Shown here piece after piece: positions 18,681 through 28,813 of a stretch of DNA of 59,682 nucleotides. A program made the position numbers and the translations under genes. Every line of letters starts with the position of its first letter. Position 1 is the first letter of the stretch. Below the pieces are notes generated by a model. That model was given only the letters and a program-made list of their open reading frames with translations. It was not told where the DNA came from and did not search any database. Source of the DNA: a virus (taxonomy: Duplodnaviria > Caudoviricetes); IMG/VR virus record IMGVR_UViG_3300033412_000015, positions 1 through 59,682 of that record; one strand, given 5' to 3'.

Positions 18681-19235
18681 TTAACTAGCTGCTCGTAGAA
18701 CTTGATACTTAACAATGTGGTCAGTCGATGGGTCACCGCTGAATACAAGGTTGATGGCATCAGTTGCTGCTTGCGCTGTTAAAAGGGTCTGAGGGCTTGC
18801 TCCCTGAGTATGCATCTGTACGAATGCGAGGTCGCTTGAAAGTGCGCCAGAAACGCTAATTTGCTCATTTGCGTCGCCGCCAGCAGTCGTGAAAGAACCA
18901 GCGTAAACTACGATATAGGCGGGTGCAATTCCTGCGTCAAGTTTTGCAAGAGTTACAGAGCCGTCTGCTAGGCCGTCTGTTGAAAGAGCTGCGTAGCTAA
19001 CAGTTGATGCGCCGGCAACCAGTGGAAGACCTTCGCTGCCTAAAGCTAGACGAGCGGGTGCTCCTAGAGAATCGCCAACAATTAGGTCACCTTCTGAAGT
19101 AATTACGCCAGCTTCTTCGAGGCTGTCAACGTAGTCCTTTACGGAAGCTAGTATCTTGCGCTCTCTTTTATTAAATCGCCGTGAGGGATAATTACCCGCT
19201 GCGGCTGCTTCTGTTGCTAATGATGGTGCTGCCAT
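18681..19235 (-). CDS. Putative capsid decoration/head fibre protein
   Basis: Directly after the major capsid gene; GDLIVG...PARLALG and LADGSVTLAKL fibre-like motifs. Confidence 0.55.
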   Translation of the reverse strand: MAAPSLATEAAAAGNYPSRRFNKRERKILASVKDYVDSLEEAGVITSEGDLIVGDSLGAPARLALGSEGLPLVAGASTVSYAALSTDGLADGSVTLAKLDAGIAPAYIVVYAGSFTTAGGDANEQISVSGALSSDLAFVQMHTQGASPQTLLTAQAATDAINLVFSGDPSTDHIVKYQVLRAAS

Positions 19236-19264
19236 AAATATTCCTTTCCGATTTGTTTTACAGC

Positions 19265-19412
19265 CTTCTTGCCCAAATTGGGAGGGGTGGCTAGCCCTCA
19301 GTTAGTTAGGGAGGAGAGAGGTCCCTAGTATTGCGCTAAGGACATCTCCTCTATATTATAAGGGTTTACGTTACCCTTAAAACGTCTGGCCTGAGATGGG
19401 GTTGCCAGAAAG
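19265..19412 (-). terminator. Cluster of hairpins after the major capsid gene (terminator/attenuator-like)
   Basis: Inverted repeats TCTGGC..GCCAGA, TAAGGGT..ACCCTTA, GAGGAGA..TCTCCTC, GAGGG..CCCTC. Confidence 0.45.
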
Positions 19413-19414
19413 TA

Positions 19415-20779
19415 TTAGACAGTAAAGTTCTCAAGACGGCCAATTGCAGCTGGATGCTTGCAGATTAAACAGCAAAGCGCTTCCATGTATGAACTGATAC
19501 GTCTTTCGTGTCCGCCAGCAGCAGATGGCTTAAGATGGAATTCGCCCATTCCGCCCATTTTGACTGGTTCGAAATCGGTTCCCCAATACTCAAGTACCTT
19601 ATTACCTGCTTTTGCTTGTGGCAATGCATACAATCTCTTCAATGGTACGTATTCTGAAGTGTAGGTCTCGAGAGAATCGTTACCATGTTGGTAAGCGAAC
19701 ACTTTGATACCTCGTTTTGCGTCGTCAACAGTGATGAATCGGCGGTCAGTTTCGCGGCTTTCGATAAGTGCAGCATGTGACTCTGGAGCCATTGCCATCA
19801 TCGGCCAGCTATAAACTGATTGACCAACGTTAATCTTAACATCGTCCATCATTTGTTGGATATAAGAAACGTCAAGCGGGTTACCACCTGCGTCAACTAC
19901 AGTACCAGCAGATGAGCCACTCATAGTGATTCCATGAATAACGCGTCCGTCGTTTGCAGTTAATGACTCAAGGCCGGCCATAACTTCAGTGACAGTGCCG
20001 TAATCAGAGATTGAACCGGTAAGGTCAGCAATGGTTGGTTGGCCAACGCGGTAAAGAAGGTCAGAAGCGTCAATGCTTGAAGCGGTCAAAGAAAGTACGT
20101 TCATTGATGCATCTACTGCTTCAAGAACTACTTGATTGTTTCTTCGCAATTTCTGCTTTACGCGCCATGCATAGAAAGTACCGCCAGAAACCGTTGGGTC
20201 GTCAGCAGTTCCGTCTGGATTCTTATTCAACAATAGGTCGCCGTATTCGAAAAAGCCAACGTGGCCGCGAGCACTGTTAGAAGAAGAAAGAGTAATGGTC
20301 ACATATCCGCCAGCGCCAGTCGTGTCAGAAGCAGATGAAACTGTTCCGATTACGCCAGTGCCGTCGCCGTAAAGGTCAGCAGCAAGACGACGCTTTGAAG
20401 CAATAGTTTTGCTTTGGATTTCCAATGCAAGTGGTTCAGCGTACTTTGCAGGTGACTTACGAGCTCGGTTCCATAAGTTGTACTCGAGTTCGATAGTCAC
20501 GTCAATTTCCTTGTAGATAGCAGTATGTTCAGAAACGCTAATTTGCTGAGCTGCTGGGAAAGTTGAGCTAAAGTTTGGGTTACGGTACTGAACTGCACCT
20601 GGGCCGTATGAGCGTTGGAACAAGAAGCGTACTTCACGTCCATCTGGGTCGCTTACACGTTGTTGTTTAATGTGGTCCCAGTCACGATAATCTTGAGAAA
20701 TCTGTGAACGGACACCTTCAGAAAAGGCAATCTGTAAGAATTTACCTAGTTGAAGATTATCAATGTTAGAAAAACTCAT
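19415..20779 (-). CDS. Major capsid protein
   Basis: 454 aa after portal and scaffold; LAADLYGDGTG, MAGLESL and C-terminal LICKHPAAIGRLEN patterns of HK97-fold coats. Confidence 0.8.
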   Translation of the reverse strand: MSFSNIDNLQLGKFLQIAFSEGVRSQISQDYRDWDHIKQQRVSDPDGREVRFLFQRSYGPGAVQYRNPNFSSTFPAAQQISVSEHTAIYKEIDVTIELEYNLWNRARKSPAKYAEPLALEIQSKTIASKRRLAADLYGDGTGVIGTVSSASDTTGAGGYVTITLSSSNSARGHVGFFEYGDLLLNKNPDGTADDPTVSGGTFYAWRVKQKLRRNNQVVLEAVDASMNVLSLTASSIDASDLLYRVGQPTIADLTGSISDYGTVTEVMAGLESLTANDGRVIHGITMSGSSAGTVVDAGGNPLDVSYIQQMMDDVKINVGQSVYSWPMMAMAPESHAALIESRETDRRFITVDDAKRGIKVFAYQHGNDSLETYTSEYVPLKRLYALPQAKAGNKVLEYWGTDFEPVKMGGMGEFHLKPSAAGGHERRISSYMEALCCLICKHPAAIGRLENFTV

Positions 20780-20851
20780 CTAATAATCCTTTTGTCAGCT
20801 TCCGCCCTAGGGCTTATTTGTTGGCCTAGTTTGAAAGCGCCCATAGCGGGC

Positions 20852-22006
20852 TTAAAATTTAAATTTACCTGTCAGTAAGCTTGTAAGAGCACCAGTCAGG
20901 TTACCACTTTTAATATCATTCTTGAAAGCTTCGCTTTCGGAACTTCTTCGGATGCCGTTAATGGCCTTTACTGCAACGTTTTCTTGAGCGGCTTGTTTCT
21001 TCTTCTCAATCACTTGACGGCTCTTTTGGTCCGCTTGTTTGTTGATAATCTTTCTGTACATCGAACTGACCGTACGGAATTCCTTATCAATGTCCTGAGA
21101 AGTTACTTCTTTATCATCTGGGTATTCACTGAATCTTTTCTTCACTTGTTCCCAGATTGCCTCATCGAGGTGGTGTTCCATTACTGGGTCACCTAATTTC
21201 CCTGCAAATCTGTATTTCTCAAATACTGGATTTACCTGGGATTCCATCGATTTCTTGTCCGCCTCTTCGTTTGCCTGTTGAGCCCTATTTAGATGCTCTT
21301 CCATTTGCTTTTGAAGACGGATACGCTCGTTGGCTTCACGTTGTAGTTTCTCTTCCAAGTCTAGCTTTTCCAGTTGTGCTGGGCTAGCTTCTTCGCGGGC
21401 TTTCAGTCGATTGTATTCTTTTTGTAGGTTCTTATTGTAGCCATCTTTATCTCCTGTTAAGAGATTGACTACGCCCTTAATACCATCGCTGCTAAACGCG
21501 CCTTCCAGAGCATCGATTACCTGTTGATAATCTTTGAATTTAGGTTCAATCTCTTTTAGTTTCGATTGTACCTGGTCTCGCTCTGCTTGGAACTTCCGCA
21601 TCCCTGCGGCCATTTTAACGTAATTCTTAAGCTTTTCCTTGTCATTCCAATCTACAGTTATCTTCTTTCGTCCGTTCTCGTCCGATATGATTATCTCTTC
21701 AAGAGCGGGCTTAACTTTCGCATCGGCCTGGCTCTTGGATACCACTTCGTCCAAAAGGGATGGATTAGAAGCTTCAACTGCTGAACCAGTTTCTGATTCG
21801 GGAGCTGCTTCAGTGTCCTGACCTTCCATGAATTCGTTGGATGTAAACGCTTTCTCGGTTTCAGGACTGGGGTTTACAGCATTTTTGCTGCCGTATACGC
21901 TTTCTGCTACATCCTTGCCGCTCTTAAGCGCGTCTAGCGCCGCATTTACGGGGTTGGATACTACTGCATTTTGCGCTTCTGTAAGTGCCATTATATTATC
22001 CTCCAT
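20852..22006 (-). CDS. Capsid scaffolding protein (start may be 21991)
   Basis: Acidic N-terminus and long coiled coil, between portal and capsid; GGAGG precedes ATG 21991. Confidence 0.7.
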   Translation of the reverse strand: MEDNIMALTEAQNAVVSNPVNAALDALKSGKDVAESVYGSKNAVNPSPETEKAFTSNEFMEGQDTEAAPESETGSAVEASNPSLLDEVVSKSQADAKVKPALEEIIISDENGRKKITVDWNDKEKLKNYVKMAAGMRKFQAERDQVQSKLKEIEPKFKDYQQVIDALEGAFSSDGIKGVVNLLTGDKDGYNKNLQKEYNRLKAREEASPAQLEKLDLEEKLQREANERIRLQKQMEEHLNRAQQANEEADKKSMESQVNPVFEKYRFAGKLGDPVMEHHLDEAIWEQVKKRFSEYPDDKEVTSQDIDKEFRTVSSMYRKIINKQADQKSRQVIEKKKQAAQENVAVKAINGIRRSSESEAFKNDIKSGNLTGALTSLLTGKFKF

Positions 22007-22113
22007 AGCGTCCCCTTGGCTTGGGATGGCTACTGCTGAAACAGGTAGTCAAATCAATCAGTTACTAAACCCCACGTTCAATAACCAGACCCAATATACC
22101 TATTTATTCCTAT

Positions 22114-22142
22114 ATTATAGCAAGTTTAGGTACAACTGTCAA
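22114..22142 (-). promoter_or_regulatory. Consensus sigma-70 promoter for scaffold/capsid
   Basis: TTGACA-N17-TATAAT, intergenic. Confidence 0.85.
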
Positions 22143-22164
22143 GCTTTTATTCAGCTAATGCAAG

Positions 22165-24213
22165 CTACCCTTTAGGAGAGGGTGCTCCGGCTGCTGGCCC
22201 GCCCTGGAAAGCTGGCCCTGATTGCGTTACGTCCAGGGGGCCACCTGCCCCCGGTAATGCTGGTAGAGGAGCTCCTGGTGGTGGGGCTCCAGCTGCTGGG
22301 CCTCCCATCGGTTGCGCTCCTTGCGCTGCGAGAGTTTCGCGTTCTTTAATGTGCTGCCTAATGAGATTCTTCTCTTCGTCTGTTAAGTACTTGAATTCAG
22401 TGGTCATTATGTACATGTAGGCAAAGGAAAGCATGTTCTTGTGGTCTTGTAGTTCCTCTGGCTTAATGTATACACCTGAAGCATTCATTTCCTCGAAAAT
22501 CTCTCTCTGACGGTCGGCAGCAAGCTGAATATCGTCGTACAAGCCTTCAAGTTCATTGAGTTTTAACATCTGAAGAACGGTCCGGGTCTCAACGCCGGCC
22601 TCTTTGAAGAGGGGTAGAAGGGTTAAGATTTCTTCGCGTCGACTGGTCGGGTCAAGAGACAAGGAGGCGCCGTATTCTACCACAATATCGAATCCACCAT
22701 CAATATCAGCACCTTTAACGTCAAGGGCTTCAAATGCTTTCTCTTTACCCAACACGTAAATGGTCCTGGTTTCTGTCCAGTACTTGCGAATAAGGTCGAG
22801 GTAGGCCTTGTAAGCAGACTCTACCAGAAGAACGTACTTGTTAAACAAACGGCGGCGTATCATGTTACCTTGGTTCGTCGCATATTGCATACTAAAACCA
22901 GATTGTTCACGGGATTGTTGGCCGAACATACTTTCGTTTACGCCAGCCATGTCGTCGATACCGCTTTTAACCTGAGCAATTAGGTCGTTTGCACTCTGAG
23001 GAAGAGGCATAGGTTCCATGTACTTGGGCTCTTTATTGCCCGTGTAGCGGATAATATCCCATGGACTATTTGTAATGCTATTGTCTGCAACTTCTGCGTC
23101 TTCAGGTAGAATTAAACGAGCAACGCCGTGGGCCTGCAAGCAGTCGGCTACAACGTTCATCAGACGATTGTGCATATCCTGTAACGGAGCCTGGTACGCC
23201 ACGGCGGCCCGTCCCCAAGCCATGCCTGGGATGTCAATATCTGTGAAAATATGATAGGGAAGACGAGCTTTGCCCGGCATCTCTTTTTTCTCTTGATTCT
23301 CGAGGTCACCTGGAAGGTCTACACCATGGGCCTTTGGAGCCACGAACCGGAAGGGGTTTGGTTTGATAGGCGTCAATAGGTCAGCGTCCTTGGTTAGGTA
23401 GCAGAACTTCCCAATCATGCCATTATATGGAAGTCCCTTTTCCCAATATTCATAGATTTCCACAATGTCGTATCTCTTTTGGTCTAGGGCAGTACGAGCG
23501 CCTTGGTCTTGGCGAATAGGTTCTTCTTTAACCCTGTATTTCTCGAGAACGTCTTTCTTATCTTCGCCGAAACGGTAGACGGCCTCGTCGTAGGGCATAG
23601 CAATACGTTCGAATACGTATTTAACTTCATCCCAAGTTGCCGCATCAGGGTCAAGGTAGATATCCCATGGAGATGGAACTTTAAAAGAAATGTCGCCTTC
23701 CATGATAATTTCATCATTTTCTGCATCAACGTCGAGAATGTCGCCACCGTCTGGGTCCCAGGTTGTCTTAATGAAACCCGTGCCGTATTGCAAGGTATTT
23801 GCCGAGCAAAGGTCTACCAGTTCCTGCAACTTGTATTTGCGGATAGCGTACCTAATGAGACGGTCGGCGGCATCGGCCTTGCGACGGTCAGAAGGGTCAT
23901 TACTAGTAGGACGACAGACAACAGAAGGGGGGTTTGCCGATAACTGGCTGTGAATAAAACGGAAATTCTTGAATGCGTAATTGATACCGTAATCTGTATT
24001 TGACTGGTCGATATCCGTTACACCAATTTCAACTTCAGATTCGAAAGAGATGCTAAGGTCTGGACTAAAAGTCTTTCCCCTGGTATTGTAAATGGTTCGT
24101 TCATTCTCTTCCCATTGATACTCGTAGTTCTTGCGGGAAACACGGCAGTAAGCAAGCCTCTTTGACAGTTCTTTCTTAGCCTCTTCAGGAGACCAGATAT
24201 TAAGCTTCGCCAT
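22165..24213 (-). CDS. Portal protein (P22-like)
   Basis: 682 aa after TerL; YGTGFIKTTWD, SPWDIYLDPDA, AGVNESMFG; Pro/Gly-rich tail. Confidence 0.85.
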   Translation of the reverse strand: MAKLNIWSPEEAKKELSKRLAYCRVSRKNYEYQWEENERTIYNTRGKTFSPDLSISFESEVEIGVTDIDQSNTDYGINYAFKNFRFIHSQLSANPPSVVCRPTSNDPSDRRKADAADRLIRYAIRKYKLQELVDLCSANTLQYGTGFIKTTWDPDGGDILDVDAENDEIIMEGDISFKVPSPWDIYLDPDAATWDEVKYVFERIAMPYDEAVYRFGEDKKDVLEKYRVKEEPIRQDQGARTALDQKRYDIVEIYEYWEKGLPYNGMIGKFCYLTKDADLLTPIKPNPFRFVAPKAHGVDLPGDLENQEKKEMPGKARLPYHIFTDIDIPGMAWGRAAVAYQAPLQDMHNRLMNVVADCLQAHGVARLILPEDAEVADNSITNSPWDIIRYTGNKEPKYMEPMPLPQSANDLIAQVKSGIDDMAGVNESMFGQQSREQSGFSMQYATNQGNMIRRRLFNKYVLLVESAYKAYLDLIRKYWTETRTIYVLGKEKAFEALDVKGADIDGGFDIVVEYGASLSLDPTSRREEILTLLPLFKEAGVETRTVLQMLKLNELEGLYDDIQLAADRQREIFEEMNASGVYIKPEELQDHKNMLSFAYMYIMTTEFKYLTDEEKNLIRQHIKERETLAAQGAQPMGGPAAGAPPPGAPLPALPGAGGPLDVTQSGPAFQGGPAAGAPSPKG

Positions 24214-24487
24214 CAGTATTCTCTCTTCCTTCTAGGTGTTCTGTTCCATACTCACCTAAAACTGGTTTTATCATGTCAATCAATATTTGAGCATCTTCTT
24301 TTACAGGATGCATTTGTTCTAGTTTATTGTGTACCTTACGCAAAAACAGAATCGCTTCTGATTTATTATAGCCTCCACAATCAATACAATCAATCGCGTA
24401 TTCTACTTTATCTTTTAAGGAAGGGCGCTGTTCTGGCCGTGATGGTGGTACGTCCTGGTCTACAATTAAAGTTAGGTTAAGTTTCAT
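24200..24487 (-). CDS. Hypothetical protein
   Basis: 95 aa, AGGAG RBS, overlaps the portal start. Confidence 0.65.
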   Translation of the reverse strand: MKLNLTLIVDQDVPPSRPEQRPSLKDKVEYAIDCIDCGGYNKSEAILFLRKVHNKLEQMHPVKEDAQILIDMIKPVLGEYGTEHLEGRENTDGEA

Positions 24488-24488
24488 A

Positions 24489-24659
24489 CTAATGCCGTCT
24501 CCTGCCTCTTGCTGCCATCATTAACTGTCTGGCTAGGGCCTGGCGGGCCCGTTCTAGTCGCTGCCGCTCCTGTCGTAAAGCAAACCACAGTATACCTATG
24601 ATAGGTAATGTGAGGTGTAAACTACTTACGATAAGCGCGATAATTGCCGGCCTGCCCAT
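24489..24659 (-). CDS. Small membrane protein (56 aa)
   Basis: Not in the ORF track; AGGAG RBS, MGRPAIIALIVSSLHLTLPIIGILWFALRQERQR... Confidence 0.55.
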   Translation of the reverse strand: MGRPAIIALIVSSLHLTLPIIGILWFALRQERQRLERARQALARQLMMAARGRRRH

Positions 24660-26080
24660 TTACTTCTCCTACTTCTCGTAGCTTTACGAGCTAAGAATTC
24701 AGCCTTTTTGCGTTTAGCGTGTCCTTCACGGAGTTCCTGATACCAAGGCTTCACAATGAATTGTACCGTATCTGCGGGTCGACAATCAACAAAATATTGA
24801 GCACTATCCAATAGATGGTAGCGGCTGCTATTTACAATGCGACCAGTGGTGGCACCTTCAGACCATTGGCAAGTTTCAATCTCATTAATGAACAGATTGC
24901 ACCAGGGGGCAATGCGAATGTCGCCACCTAGAGCAGACTGCAAGTTTTTGATGAGTTCGCCCTTCCTTGAATTCTTATCGAAGGGAGTTAAGTAATTAAT
25001 ACCCTTACTTCGGGCCGTATTAATGTACCAGGCCTCGTGTGGGTCACTGATGCGCCGAACAATGTTGTAGCCTGCCGTCTTCTTCATTACCTCGTTGAAA
25101 ATATCTTCAGGCACTTGAATGCCTTCAATGTATTCGGCCTTAACGAGATACCAGATGCCATTTGCTGGACATTCAGCCCAGAGAGTGAAGCCAAACTTCG
25201 ATTGAAGTGCCGGGTCAGAAGATTCAACGTGTCGCCAACCCACACTGTAATCAGGCGGCGTTTCTACCATGGAACTGTGGTCAAAGAAGTAGACGCTACT
25301 GTCGCCAATGTACCAATCGCCATACAAGATGGAATTCTTGTAAGATTCAGGATAACCGTCTAACTTCTTCATTTCTTCTTCTCGACGGTCTGCGTAGAGA
25401 GGGTTATCCAATTTGGACATCTTGTATATTTTAGCTATTGGCGGAGTGCCTGATTCAACTACTCTTTTAATCTCTTCATTTCTAAACTTTGGAGTAAATG
25501 TGGCGAGAAAGTATCCTTTACGAGCATCTACGCGGCGCTGAAGTTCCTCAAATATTCGAATACTTGAAGGAAGTTCATCAAGCCACACATAGTGTGCTAC
25601 GTACCCTTGCATGTGTATCCTGTTTTTTTCGCTGCTGTCGTTATGAGAGATGAATACAATTCTATTAGAGTTTATTCGAGACTCAACGTATTGTAAAGAA
25701 CCCCCTTGTCGAATCTCTTTCCATTCCGCAGGGTTAAGAAAAGGCTTTATCTTTTTAGACCAGAGCTCAAGCTCCATCATCTTACGGTCCTGGCCAACTA
25801 CAATGATTAATAACGCTTCAGTTCCCCATTCAATGGGACGTTTCCAAAAAGGGTGCTTATCTGTAACAATCCAAGAGATTTCCCTCGCAGCCAAACTACT
25901 CTTTCCTGCTTGGTTACCGGCAACTACCCACCTGTATTGAATCTTGCCAATATCATTAAAGACTTCTTGCTGTTTATCTGTAGGTCGACTTTCAAGGTTA
26001 CTAGCATCAAAACACTCCATTAGTGCTAATTCTTTGTATCTTGTTACTGCTGCTAATATTAATTCTGGATTTGTCGACAT
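24626..26080 (-). CDS. terL: Terminase large subunit
   Basis: Walker A AGNQAGKS, Walker B WLDE, TFTP coupling motif, C-terminal HLLDSAQY nuclease motif. Confidence 0.92.
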   Translation of the reverse strand: MSTNPELILAAVTRYKELALMECFDASNLESRPTDKQQEVFNDIGKIQYRWVVAGNQAGKSSLAAREISWIVTDKHPFWKRPIEWGTEALLIIVVGQDRKMMELELWSKKIKPFLNPAEWKEIRQGGSLQYVESRINSNRIVFISHNDSSEKNRIHMQGYVAHYVWLDELPSSIRIFEELQRRVDARKGYFLATFTPKFRNEEIKRVVESGTPPIAKIYKMSKLDNPLYADRREEEMKKLDGYPESYKNSILYGDWYIGDSSVYFFDHSSMVETPPDYSVGWRHVESSDPALQSKFGFTLWAECPANGIWYLVKAEYIEGIQVPEDIFNEVMKKTAGYNIVRRISDPHEAWYINTARSKGINYLTPFDKNSRKGELIKNLQSALGGDIRIAPWCNLFINEIETCQWSEGATTGRIVNSSRYHLLDSAQYFVDCRPADTVQFIVKPWYQELREGHAKRKKAEFLARKATRSRRSKWAGRQLSRLS

Positions 26081-26535
26081 AATAAAACTTGTCTTATAGC
26101 GGGAGCCATGAAAGTAATAAACTCGTCATGAGTATAAAGTCTATTTCTGGTTAAATTACATAATTTACAGCAAGGAACACAATTATTTACGATATAGCCC
26201 AAATCATTATCTATTCTATCTATTCCAATCTTTTCGTTAGAAGTACAGTAATAACAATTTCTAATAGTCAGAAACTGAAAATCCGTAATAGTTAAATTAA
26301 ACTGAATTCCTCGTTTAATAGCATTAGACCTTGTTTGAGAGAATCGTGTACCGACCGTCTGTTTTTGAATAGCATTACTATTCTTAACACGGTCTTTGTT
26401 CTTTTTACGCCATTTTCTTGTAGTTTCAGCATAGTGCAAACGGCATCGAGTTTTGCCACCAGTCTGTAACCAAAATTCATTGGTTAACGAATGATAGGTC
26501 CTACAGTGCTTACAATATCTAGTGACAATATCCAT
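26059..26535 (-). CDS. HNH-type (His-Me finger) endonuclease
   Basis: CYYC...GIDRIDNDLGYIVNNCVPCCKLCN; start moved to ATG 26535, downstream of the promoter. Confidence 0.85.
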   Translation of the reverse strand: MDIVTRYCKHCRTYHSLTNEFWLQTGGKTRCRLHYAETTRKWRKKNKDRVKNSNAIQKQTVGTRFSQTRSNAIKRGIQFNLTITDFQFLTIRNCYYCTSNEKIGIDRIDNDLGYIVNNCVPCCKLCNLTRNRLYTHDEFITFMAPAIRQVLLCRQIQN

Positions 26536-26541
26536 ACTTGT

Positions 26542-26570
26542 ATTATATGGCATTTCATCTTTAGTGTCAA
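26542..26570 (-). promoter_or_regulatory. Consensus sigma-70 promoter (probably leaderless mRNA)
   Basis: TTGACA-N17-TATAAT, 6 nt before ATG 26535. Confidence 0.8.
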
Positions 26571-26574
26571 TTGC

Positions 26575-26952
26575 TTATTCGTCCTGAAGAACCTGAATCT
26601 TGCTGAAAGTTACGCTGTCGCCACTTCCGGTGCTCACAACAATGCGTCCTGAGCGAAGTAAGGGCAGGAAACTCTGGTCAGATGAATTCTCTGCAAGCAA
26701 CTTGATATAAAATGCACCAGTAGCACTGATTGCAACTGTCTTGCTGTCAACCCATTCCTGGTCGATGCCAGTCTGTAATTTCGCCGTAATACCTGAACTT
26801 ACAGTTGCAGCAGAAACTTTAATCTTAACAACCAGAGCTTTGCTCCCATTCGCCGTGATTACGAAGGGTTCGCTGATTGCAGCATCTGTTTGAGATGCAC
26901 CGATGGCACTTAGGCCGTTCTTCAGCACGTCTCGAGGGAAATAACCATTCAT
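26575..26952 (-). CDS. Putative virion beta-sandwich protein
   Basis: 125 aa, beta-strand rich; GGAG RBS. Confidence 0.55.
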   Translation of the reverse strand: MNGYFPRDVLKNGLSAIGASQTDAAISEPFVITANGSKALVVKIKVSAATVSSGITAKLQTGIDQEWVDSKTVAISATGAFYIKLLAENSSDQSFLPLLRSGRIVVSTGSGDSVTFSKIQVLQDE

Positions 26953-27374
26953 TATTGTTCTCCTTTTAATTTGAGATATAATTGATGTGGAGTAATCATA
27001 CTATTTTCTTTTCCATCCACCACTTCAGTAATCCACTCTGTACAGAGGAACATACCGGTTGTCTGCCACAGATTAGCTTTAGGGAGGAAAGGAAACAGGC
27101 TTCGCAAGCCCAGATAGAATAAGGCACCGAAGTCATAGAAATTGCCGTCGTATTTGGCCAGCAGGTTGATAACCTTCTCCAGATTGTCAGGCAATTCAAC
27201 ACTTTCAATAATTGAAGAATTGAAACTTTCAAAGGGCTCCATGTGAACACCCAGAAGATTACTGTGTATTACACAGTCATACACCCGTAGAGCGCAATGA
27301 GAGACCTGCTCGCCCGTAATCTTACGAATAAGACGGGAAAGAGGGCTATTAGATGAAGTAAATAGAACTTTCAT
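26952..27374 (-). CDS. Permuted papain-like (YiiX/NlpC-P60) enzyme
   Basis: SPLSRLIRKIT...SHCAL...YDF...FLCTEWI, with His before Cys. Confidence 0.7.
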   Translation of the reverse strand: MKVLFTSSNSPLSRLIRKITGEQVSHCALRVYDCVIHSNLLGVHMEPFESFNSSIIESVELPDNLEKVINLLAKYDGNFYDFGALFYLGLRSLFPFLPKANLWQTTGMFLCTEWITEVVDGKENSMITPHQLYLKLKGEQ

Positions 27375-28198
27375 AACTTGTAGAATTGAACAATCACCTG
27401 AAGAGATTCATTGGTACCTGCAGGATATTTAAGGATTAAACGGATTTTACCCGTATGATAGGTTGCATTATAGGTAGCGTATTTCGTAACTCTGCCGTCT
27501 ACTGACCAGACGTTGCCTGGCGCTAAATATCGGAGGTTAATACCGCCGCCCATCTCCTTTGACCCCGTGGGGGCTGCAATGTCGGGGGCTGCCACTAGCC
27601 ACAGTCTAACGTCGGAAGAGATACTTGTGAGCGTTCTAATGTCACCGCCAATAACCTCGTAGTCGTAGGGAGGTTCAAAATCGATTACTGTTTTAACGGC
27701 ACTGTCCCAGTTGATGTTAGCTATACCATCTGTTGTAATTTCATTGTTATCCGCGTCGTAAATCTTCAAAGAGATAAAAGACCTATCGTTTCCTTGGTAA
27801 TCTTTTGCGTACAGGTGGTCAGAGCGTCGGGAGGTTTCAAATTCAAACGGAAGGGAACAGAAAGTCCAGCCCTTCTTTGCCGCCTTATTTCTTACTATTG
27901 CAGCGCCGTCCGTGTCATTCTGTGAGAGAGCTTGATTGCCTAGAGATTTGTAGTTGTTTTCGAAATCTGTCTTATCAGAATCGTTTTGCGCCTGTGAGTA
28001 GGAAGAGGTCAGTGAATCAGGAACAGTGCCCTTCCATATCTGACAGGTATGGATTTCAGGGCCATCGTACGTCCATATGGTGTACAGGAGACCGTCATCC
28101 TCGTATTGAAATAAAGAGCCCTTAACTGCATATACAGCCTTCCAAGATAGCCATGGATACTGTCGTTGTGTTAGATTAGAAGATAAGGCAACACTCAT
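27371..28198 (-). CDS. Hypothetical (probably virion) protein
   Basis: 275 aa; DKTDFENNYKS motif; operon context. Confidence 0.6.
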   Translation of the reverse strand: MSVALSSNLTQRQYPWLSWKAVYAVKGSLFQYEDDGLLYTIWTYDGPEIHTCQIWKGTVPDSLTSSYSQAQNDSDKTDFENNYKSLGNQALSQNDTDGAAIVRNKAAKKGWTFCSLPFEFETSRRSDHLYAKDYQGNDRSFISLKIYDADNNEITTDGIANINWDSAVKTVIDFEPPYDYEVIGGDIRTLTSISSDVRLWLVAAPDIAAPTGSKEMGGGINLRYLAPGNVWSVDGRVTKYATYNATYHTGKIRLILKYPAGTNESLQVIVQFYKL

Positions 28199-28199
28199 A

Positions 28200-28808
28200 T
28201 TAAGTTACCTCTGCCCAAACGATAGTTAAACTTGCATTACGATTATTTGAACTGGGAGACCCTGTTATAAGAATTGAACTATTGGGCTGTAAATACAAAG
28301 AGAAATCGTCAGCGAAAATAATTGAATTAGAATTCTGTCCTACTGACAAAAAGCTTAAAGGATTACCAGAAGCAGAAATAGTAGGTAAACTAGTAATTAG
28401 GGCCACAGCAGCCGCCTGTGCATTATTAACATTTCTAGGATAAACTGTAACAGATGAACCATTTGCCGTGACAGTAGGAGAAGAAAAGATTTTAAATTCC
28501 ACGCCAACGTTAGTTACTGTTGAACCGCATTGAACACGCCAAACTGCAATCTTCTTGCCGCTTCCGGTGGGATTGCGCATGAGGACTAGAGGATTATCCG
28601 TTCCTGCAGCAGCCATGTTTAAATCTAGACCTATAGAATAGAGGCTATTATTTTCACAGTAGTATTGTGCCGAATCTTGAGAAACGACATTAATGACTGC
28701 AGAATTAGAAACACTGACTTTAAGAGAATCAGAAACATTACCGATAGTGGTGCCGTCTGTTCCACCTACAATGTGGTTGTCTGCCAATGGAAATTTATTA
28801 ACTGCCAT
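28200..28808 (-). CDS. Putative virion beta-rich protein
   Basis: S/N/T-rich; IVGGTDGTTIGNVSDSLKV; GGAG before ATG 28808. Confidence 0.6.
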   Translation of the reverse strand: MAVNKFPLADNHIVGGTDGTTIGNVSDSLKVSVSNSAVINVVSQDSAQYYCENNSLYSIGLDLNMAAAGTDNPLVLMRNPTGSGKKIAVWRVQCGSTVTNVGVEFKIFSSPTVTANGSSVTVYPRNVNNAQAAAVALITSLPTISASGNPLSFLSVGQNSNSIIFADDFSLYLQPNSSILITGSPSSNNRNASLTIVWAEVT

Positions 28809-28813
28809 CGATG

